Shown: in pieces, positions 56,366-64,000 of the stretch
Layout: each line of letters begins with the position of its first letter
Numbering within the stretch: the first letter of the stretch is position 1
Origin: Eledone cirrhosa
Lineage: Eukaryota
Reading direction: 5' to 3'
Length of the DNA: 64,000 nt
Assembly: GCA_964016885.1 (NCBI GenBank)
Contig: OZ024740.1
Coordinates: 130,572,001 to 130,636,000, forward strand
Made by a program: the position numbers and the translations under genes
The notes under the pieces: generated by a model
Seen by the model: only the letters and a program-made list of their open reading frames with translations
Database searches by the model: none
What the model was told of the DNA's origin: nothing

Positions 56366-56823
56366 GATGATAGGACTAGGCTCCCTATCATTAAATTACC
56401 CAAGACTCCAGCTAAGCCTGCATAGGTGTGAGCTGTCACACCCTCACATCTTTACTGTATTGAAACATTTGTAGAGTAAAATGTTTCATTTCAATCAGAT
56501 TACAACCATATATGAAATGTTCATCAATATCATCAAAATACAATTCGCTTTTTAAGTAGTGCATCCACAATGTCACCACTTGTATATGGTCTTTATATTA
56601 TAGTCCAACAATGTTTGAAATATTGAAAAACACATCTACTCTTTTACAAAAAATTGAATTTGATTTCAGAATACATTCTATATTTTCCCCCATAAACTAG
56701 ATATTGTGATAAGGGAAAATGGTACGCATAATCGTAATGCTTCCATACATCCACATCTCTCTTTCTCTCTATCGCTCTGTACACACTGACACAAACACAC
56801 GCAAACGCACACATACACACATA

Positions 56824-56882
<59 letters not shown>

Positions 56883-56883
56883 G

Positions 56884-56943
<60 letters not shown>

Positions 56944-57199
56944 TGAATAGGCGTAACTATGTGCAATGTTTTAGTGTACAACATTAATTCTGATATATTA
57001 TGTAGTAAGCCTCTTTATGAAGAGACATTTAAATTTATTGAACGCTGAATCAACCAAAATGCATACATTTGAGAAATGGAAGCAAACCACATTCATTTTA
57101 TGTATAGTAGTAATACAACTCAATTTTAATGCCATCCAAACGATCACACATTCCATATTTGAAAACGATTTTTTCGTTATCTTAAAATAGTGCATTATG

Positions 57200-57380
57200 T
57201 ATTTGGCAGTATCTGTAGAGGGTCGGACGCCATGCTTTCGAGCATAGTTACTTCCCTTTACGATCTGAGTTCAAATCCCGACGAGGTTGACTTTGCCTTT
57301 CATCCTTACGGGGTCGATAAAATAAAGTACCAGTAATGCACTGTAAATTACTGGCCTTGTGCCTAAAATAGAAACAATTA
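57200..57380 (+). mobile_element. Meta-domain SINE copy
   Basis: Inverse homologue of 1555-1745. Confidence 0.75.
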
Positions 57381-58209
57381 TGTATCTGTTGATGCGTAAA
57401 TACTAACACCGTTTCAGTGAATGTATTAATTATCTCGCTACTTCCTTAGTGAATGATTATAGCTCATATATTATCCCTTTTCGTATTAGAATTATTATCT
57501 GTGTGCAATATAAACTACAAAAGATATTAAATAGTGGATCCGAGATTCCGGACGCAGCTTCGCTCAGAATGAACCAGAAAAAAAAAGACTGCACCTATTC
57601 ACCCTTGCATACTGTCCGAACCAAAATAGTCCTGAACACAAGAAGGTGAAATAAAAATTGTACAACCACATATGCACAAGAGAGTTCGCACACTAAATAC
57701 CACACTATCAAATAAGACAACGCACCAATGTGAAAAGGAACACGCTACAGAACCGGCTATTCTCTAAGTAAGGCACAGATCATGAACACGTTGACGGCAC
57801 ATAATACCACATAACATAAATCTGCCAATTATATGTCTAGACACAAGAATAATATGGTACAATTCACCATATTTGACGGGTTTGTGGATCAGCTTATTTG
57901 AGATAAACTTTAGAGTGTTAGATAGTTGTTTCACTAAGACGCATATATACTACAGCATATTGAATATATACGTTATTAGCCCATCATACTCCACTACACG
58001 CGATTTAACCAAACAAAAACCTAACATTAATCATGATAGATTGTGGTACCATGGACACGAATGAACCGATGTTAATGTAAAGCAGATTATACCTGATAGA
58101 GATAGACGTAGAAACGATGCTGAGACAAGAAAAACAAAGTGCTATGTAGAACGTAAGAGAAATACAGTAAACAAACCTCCCCCTCCACCTCATTCACCCC
58201 CGCTTCCTC

Positions 58210-58245
58210 TTTCTTCTTCTTTTTCTTCTTCTTCTTCTTCTTCTT

Positions 58246-58276
<31 letters not shown>

Positions 58277-58360
58277 TTCTTCTTCTTTTTCTTCTTCTTC
58301 TTCTTCTTCTTCTTCTTCTTCTTCTTCTTCTTCTTCTTCTTCTTCTTCTTCTTCTTCTTC
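58210..58360. repeat. (TTC)n microsatellite
   Basis: Seen directly. Confidence 0.95.
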
Positions 58361-58854
58361 TATATTACTGTGCATCAACTACACAGGAATAGAGTCATAG
58401 CATCGAACACGTAAGAGCTTGATATTTATATTTGCTGTTGACAAAATATTGTATAACGACACTTCATCAATAAATATACCACATATGTATTCAACAAAAC
58501 CAATGACAAATAATTTAAGGAATTATTGCATAACTTTATTAAATCTATTTAATCCTATTCCAAATTATCTGAAATTATATTTTGCCTTGTTATTTAATGA
58601 GAGTAAATTGAATATAATTACATAAGGCCATGATGTTTATCATATATTTACTTCCATCTTAATCAACAGTTATAATCAAATACTCTTATGTTTTCTGCCT
58701 CAAGTAAATGAAAATGCCGTTTAACTGATCCGCCATATTTTAATGAGGAGCACAAGTTCAAATGTTATCGTGTGCAAATTATATATTAAAGATAATACGT
58801 ATGTTTAAATAACGAATCACATTTACTTCTGATATTTGGTGTATATTGTTCCTG

Positions 58855-58889
<35 letters not shown>

Positions 58890-58891
<2 letters not shown>

Positions 58892-61545
58892 CGTTTCTGA
58901 ATTTGTTTAGCAAGATTCTTTATCTGAAATCGTGTGTTGAAACCGATATTGTTATACTTTGGGAGGGTCATGTTGCCAATAAGAAACACACGCACCAGTT
59001 GCTTTCACTTCAATTTATTATATATTTATAAATTTACAAATTTATAAATCTATAAATTTCTGGTTGGTTGTTTGGTTCCACAACCAGATAGTTGTTTATA
59101 TATAGTCATAGTCATTTCGTCACACACTCTGTGACCTCTTCAGTGACTGGGGATTCCTTTCTTTGTTTCTGTGCTTCTCCTTTGTTCTGTCCTACGCCAT
59201 TTTATTTCTGTGTGTGTGTTGTGTGCTCAGTTTGCACATGCGCCACATCTGGGTGTCTGTGTGTGTTTATGTTCATTTATCTATTTGTTTATTTATTTAT
59301 TTATTTACATGTTATTGGTTGGTTGTTTGTTCTATGTGTGTGTGTGTTTTCATTTTGTCCTTAATTGTAAGTTGTGATGTTGCTGTTCCACTCATATTTT
59401 CTATTTAATTTTGGTTGTAATTCTTTTATGTTTATTGCCTCTGTAATTTGTCTAAACATTGCATCTTTTCTGTGTGTAGATTCTATTTTTATTTCTATGT
59501 TCTCTAATTTACCCTTGTGTTCTATCTTAGCATGTTGGTAGAGTACAGGTGATTCTTTAGTATCTTGAAGGTCTCGCCAGTGTTCATTTATCCGTTCCCC
59601 TATACTACGAGCTGTCTCACCTATGTACATTATATTTTTGTTTCTACATTGTCCTTCAGTACATCTTATGCTATACACTACATTTCTAGTTTTACAGTTA
59701 ATATGGGGGCTTATTTTACAGGTTATACATTTCTTATCTATACATGAGGGACTTTGAAAAGGGTATGTCTTGCTAATAAGTTTTTTTTTACGGAGGTACC
59801 TGGTCATTCTACTATCTTAATATTGAGTTTATGTTTATTTAGGGCCCTTCTAAATTTGTAGGCTAGTTCGCCTCTAGGGGTTGTATCGATGAACATTACA
59901 CTCTGGTATTTATTGCTATCATACCATGAGTTTATTCTATTAGCCTTGTTCCTAGTTCTTTCTATTCTATTCCAAAATGTTCTCCTATACAAGGGGCAGG
60001 TCACATTTATGTCATTATTTACCATTTTTTTCCCATTTGGTTCTGGCTCCTCTATACACGCTGATTCTATCTCTCTGATTGTAGCCAGAGAACTGCATAC
60101 GGTGGATGAAGTGTTGTATGTGTCTCTCTAGTTCTTCGGGGTTGCACATGCGGGACACATTTCTCATCACCCGTACCAAATCCGCAATCAGTATGTTGAT
60201 TTTGGTATGGTCCGAAATGGCCGAGTTTCGGTGGATCAGATGTTTGGAAGTCATGGGTTTGGCATAATGGGAATGGAGGATTTGTTTTTGGTTGTTAGTG
60301 GTATCTAACCAGAGCTCTGTGTCTAGTACAGGTAATCGATGGTTGGGGTGTCTACTTGGGTAGTCTATAGTAACTCTAATGCTCTGGTGTATGGAGTTTG
60401 CTATTTGCTGGATGCTTTCCATTGTGTTTTTCTCTAGTTCCTGACTGTTCTCTAGTGGGGGTGTCTTAACTACGATGTTTATATCATCTACGTAGCGGGA
60501 GTACATTATCAGGGTTAAGCTGTCTTCTAATTGTTCTTTAAGTTTAAGTTTAAGTCTACTGTCCCACCATACCATGAATAAGTTAGCTATGTCGCCTGCA
60601 ATGCTAACACCAATGGCTGCTCCTTCCTCTTGGGCATATGTTTTTCCATTAAATTTGAACATATGTTCCTTAAGGGTTAGTTTTATGCTGGCCCCTACCG
60701 CATGTGCAATCATTTTCTTCAATTCATCGTGGTTTTCGGGTGTCCGTATGGCTCTGGTCCACCCGTTCCATCTATCTGTGTGGGTTTTCTTGGCCATTGA
60801 GGTAATGGTAGGTGGTCTGCCTCTTGCTGGTCTTGTAGGGCACAGATTGCTAAGGTCATATGTGTCTAGGTAACTATTACTATAGGTAAGTTTAAGCAGA
60901 AGTCCCAGCTCACTGGTATCTATCCCACGGAACTCAACCTTGCTCTCACTGATCATTTCTACGCATTTCTCCACAGCAAAATCCACGTCAATAGATGGAT
61001 ACAGGGACACAATATCCATACTGCCTATTATGCAGTTTGTTAGGTCCCCAGATCGGTTACTCACGCCGATTCTGCTGAGGAGGTCCTCCGTGCTGTCACA
61101 TACATCTGGGGACATTTCAATGATGGGGCGTATGATCAGGGAGAGGAAGTAGGACAGTCTGTAGGTACTAGCAATGTTAGCTCCACAGACCGGCCATGTT
61201 GGTGGTCCCGCGACAGGGTCACAGCCCGTTTTATGGTCTTTTTGAAGCCCATACAACGCCGGCACGTCATTGTTCCAGGCCTGGAAGTTGTTGGCAGTCC
61301 TTTTGTTGGGCTGCATTATATTCGTCCACATCACCATATGGGCATTGAGGGCTTTTTCTCTATCCTCATGCTCCTGTGGTGTTACCTCTCTTGTGTTAGT
61401 GATGTGGGGTTGCATTGCCTGGATGTAGTTTGGCAGGCTGTCAACCGACATTCTGCCAGACTTGTCTGTTGGAAAGCATGCTATCTCTCCATTACGTGAG
61501 CGCTGCATGAGCATACGCAAGCCATTTGCAGATTTTTCTCCCAGT
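58890..61545 (-). mobile_element. PLE family B, 5'-truncated: RT (60015-61545), linker and GIY-YIG (59361-60025, two frameshifts), pLTR (58890-59360)
   Basis: PTDKSG, LQKDHK, SMDIVSLYPSI, GAAIG, RYVDD, CIDKKCITC, CKTRNVVY, YIGETARSIGERINEH. Confidence 0.93.
59104..59148 (-). ncRNA. Minimal type I hammerhead ribozyme of the family B pLTR
   Basis: agtca-CUGAAGA-g-GUCAC agagugu GUGAC-GAAA-UGAC-UA|ugacu. Confidence 0.8.
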
Positions 61546-62628
61546 TTATAAATTAAGTTGTTGGTTGTTGGTTAGGTCTTAGGAGTTCTTGGTTAACGTA
61601 GGAGGTACTGTTTCGTTTTTAGAAATAACTTTCACGCTGAGGTGCGCTTGTCAAACTGATGTGTATGTGGCGTGTTGTTCTATATATAGGTAGTTAACAT
61701 GTCTGTGGTGTGGTGGTGGTTTGTTTCTCACCTTTTAATAAGTGTAGGGGTGTAGTGTGTTGAAAAAATTTTAATAGCAGTAATGAGTTGAGACAGGGAG
61801 TAGGATTGGGTGGGGAGAAATGTAGCAAGTGCGGCCTGCCCCGGTCATTCTCAAAAAATTCCTTATTCAGGGGAAAAAGCTTTTAGTATTCGTTTGTATC
61901 GAAAATGGTCATAGGCAAACCGCACCTGCCAAGATTCTAAACAATTATTTATTTCTGAAGAATTTTTCTACGTCCTTCCCAAAATTAGTCCTTTGTTCAA
62001 CACACACATATGTGCGTATATACGTACATACACACACGGGCATATGTAGGAATATATAGGCACACACCTTCAATCACACACCCATGTACATACATACATA
62101 AAAACATATAAAGACACATATGAAAACACATATACACATACGTACACACACGAATATGTACTCATACCTCCACATGGGTATATATATATATATATATACA
62201 TACATACATATACATACATATACACACAAAAAGATACATAACTAAATATACATATATACACATACACGCACACATACACACATACACACACAGACACACA
62301 CACACACACACACTCATAAATATGTCCGTATATATACATCCGTTCACACATACATGCATACACACACACACATGCAGACATATATATGATGGCTGACCCC
62401 TCGTTATCGAGTATGGCCATTGCACGAGAAGAAAAAAAAAAAAATAAAACATAAAATAAAATAAAATAAAATTAAAAAAAAAAAAAAAATAATAATAATA
62501 ATAATAAATAGATTTAAAAAAAAAAGAAAAGAAAAAAAGAAATATATATATATATACATACATACATATATACATACACACATACATACACATACACTCA
62601 CACATATACACACACATACATTAATATC

Positions 62629-62662
<34 letters not shown>

Positions 62663-62777
62663 GCAATAATAATAATAACGACAACAACAATAATAATATA
62701 CATATTCATATATATATACACACACACGCACGCACATAAGCATATCTACACACATACACACACACACACGATAGCAA

Positions 62778-64000
62778 CTAACAGTGCTGCGATCGAATGT
62801 GGCTTTTTAGCCCAGCCAATGAACTAAAATGTCTTGCACAGAGTCGGCAACCAAAACATTCACTGGGAATAGTCGGCTGTGGTTGGAGTTCGTGTACTTT
62901 TGCATGTCGCTTGAGCCCTCCTGCTGATTTGCATTCTCTACCACATGTTTGGCAAGCATGATGAGTAGCATCTCCAACAGCAGCCTGGTAGTCAACCACT
63001 GGTCTTACTTTATGACTGCGAAGATGACTTTCGAGTCCAGCTTTACTAAGGCAGAGTCTCGCACAGACGCTGCATGTCAGCACCATAGGAGGACCCTCGC
63101 CGTCTGGAAGTGCAACAGCAATGCCCTTCCTCACGTCCCGCTTTACTTTCCCGTGTGCGATTCGAGATGCCTCAAAGGCAACTTTTCCCTCATATACAGT
63201 CTTTCTCCATTTATTACGATCAGTAGCAATATTTTCCCATGTATCAGCAGATATGTTAGCGTCTTTCAGAGAGGCTTTCAAGGAATCCTTATACCTCTTT
63301 TTTCGTTTATGTGGCGGTCGTTTTCCTTTAACCAACTCTCCATAGAAGAGTTGTTTTGGTATTCTAGAATCCGTCATCCTGGCAAGGTGACCATTCCAAC
63401 GGAGTCGTTGCTTAAGCACAAGAGCTTCTATACTGTCACACATAGAGCTTTCCAAAATCTCGACATCACTGATGTGGTCCCTCCAGTGAACGCCATGGAT
63501 CCGTCTGAGACACATCTGATGGAAACGCTCCAATTGCTTAAGGTAGTGTCGATATGTGACCCAGGTCTCGCAGGCATAAAGAAGACAAGAGAGTACAGAT
63601 GCCCTGTACACCTTTACCTTTGTCCTCCTGCATATGTCTCGCCGACCCCAGAGTCGCCTTTCTAGCTTTCCGAAAGCATCACTTGCTTTCCTAATCCTAA
63701 GTGAGATTTCACTGTCAAGGTTGCCGTATCGATTGACAGTGCTTCCCAGGTAGGCAAACTGATCAACCACTCCAAGTCGTTTGCCATACACATAGATGTT
63801 TGGTTCAGTGTACTGCTTACTAGGGGCAGGTTGGTACATGACGACGGTTTTCTGGAGACTGACAGTGAAACCCAGGGCAGTGCAAGCGTCGGAAAATGCA
63901 TTCAAAATGTGCTGCATATCACTCTCTGTGTGCGCTACAAGATCGCAATCATCTGCATACAAGAGGTCTCTTATGACTGATGTAAATACTTTTGTCTTCG
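62778..64000 (-). CDS. RTE (BovB-like) LINE ORF, C-terminal part: RT YADD, thumb region, three C2H2 zinc fingers; continues beyond the window
   Basis: LYADDCDL, FAYLGS, LLYACETW, LRWNGHLARM, PKQLFYGEL; CxxC...H..H three times; (GT)n immediately after the stop. Confidence 0.9.
   Translation of the reverse strand, partial: KTKVFTSVIRDLLYADDCDLVAHTESDMQHILNAFSDACTALGFTVSLQKTVVMYQPAPSKQYTEPNIYVYGKRLGVVDQFAYLGSTVNRYGNLDSEISLRIRKASDAFGKLERRLWGRRDICRRTKVKVYRASVLSCLLYACETWVTYRHYLKQLERFHQMCLRRIHGVHWRDHISDVEILESSMCDSIEALVLKQRLRWNGHLARMTDSRIPKQLFYGELVKGKRPPHKRKKRYKDSLKASLKDANISADTWENIATDRNKWRKTVYEGKVAFEASRIAHGKVKRDVRKGIAVALPDGEGPPMVLTCSVCARLCLSKAGLESHLRSHKVRPVVDYQAAVGDATHHACQTCGRECKSAGGLKRHAKVHELQPQPTIPSECFGCRLCARHFSSLAGLKSHIRSQHC

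Noticed and set aside
62949-63665. 238-aa + strand ORF
   Set aside because: Antisense shadow of the RTE ORF with no recognisable motif

Overview
AT-rich eukaryotic, repeat-dominated DNA, probably from an invertebrate. The CORE- and Meta-type tRNA-derived SINEs and the dense (TA)n/(CA)n tracts resemble cephalopod genomes, but that is an inference. I found no convincing host protein-coding gene; most short ORFs in the track are translated microsatellites. The window is a graveyard of Penelope-like retroelements (PLEs; RT plus GIY-YIG) from at least three families. One is a near-complete Naiad-type copy with tandem and inverted pseudo-LTRs (45151-50629). There is also an internally deleted Chapaev3-like DNA transposon with TIRs and TSD, and RTE LINE pieces, one ending in three C2H2 fingers. 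The hidden layer is RNA: more than 15 intact or decayed type I hammerhead ribozyme (HHR) motifs, folded by eye. They include an HHR with a compensatory U3-A8 core in the Naiad pLTR and a ~430-440 bp non-coding tandem repeat carrying a minimal HHR plus an octamer motif (retrozyme / newt satellite-2-like). Many HHR-bearing repeats form long fold-back palindromes. All folds and family assignments are manual and need computational and experimental confirmation.
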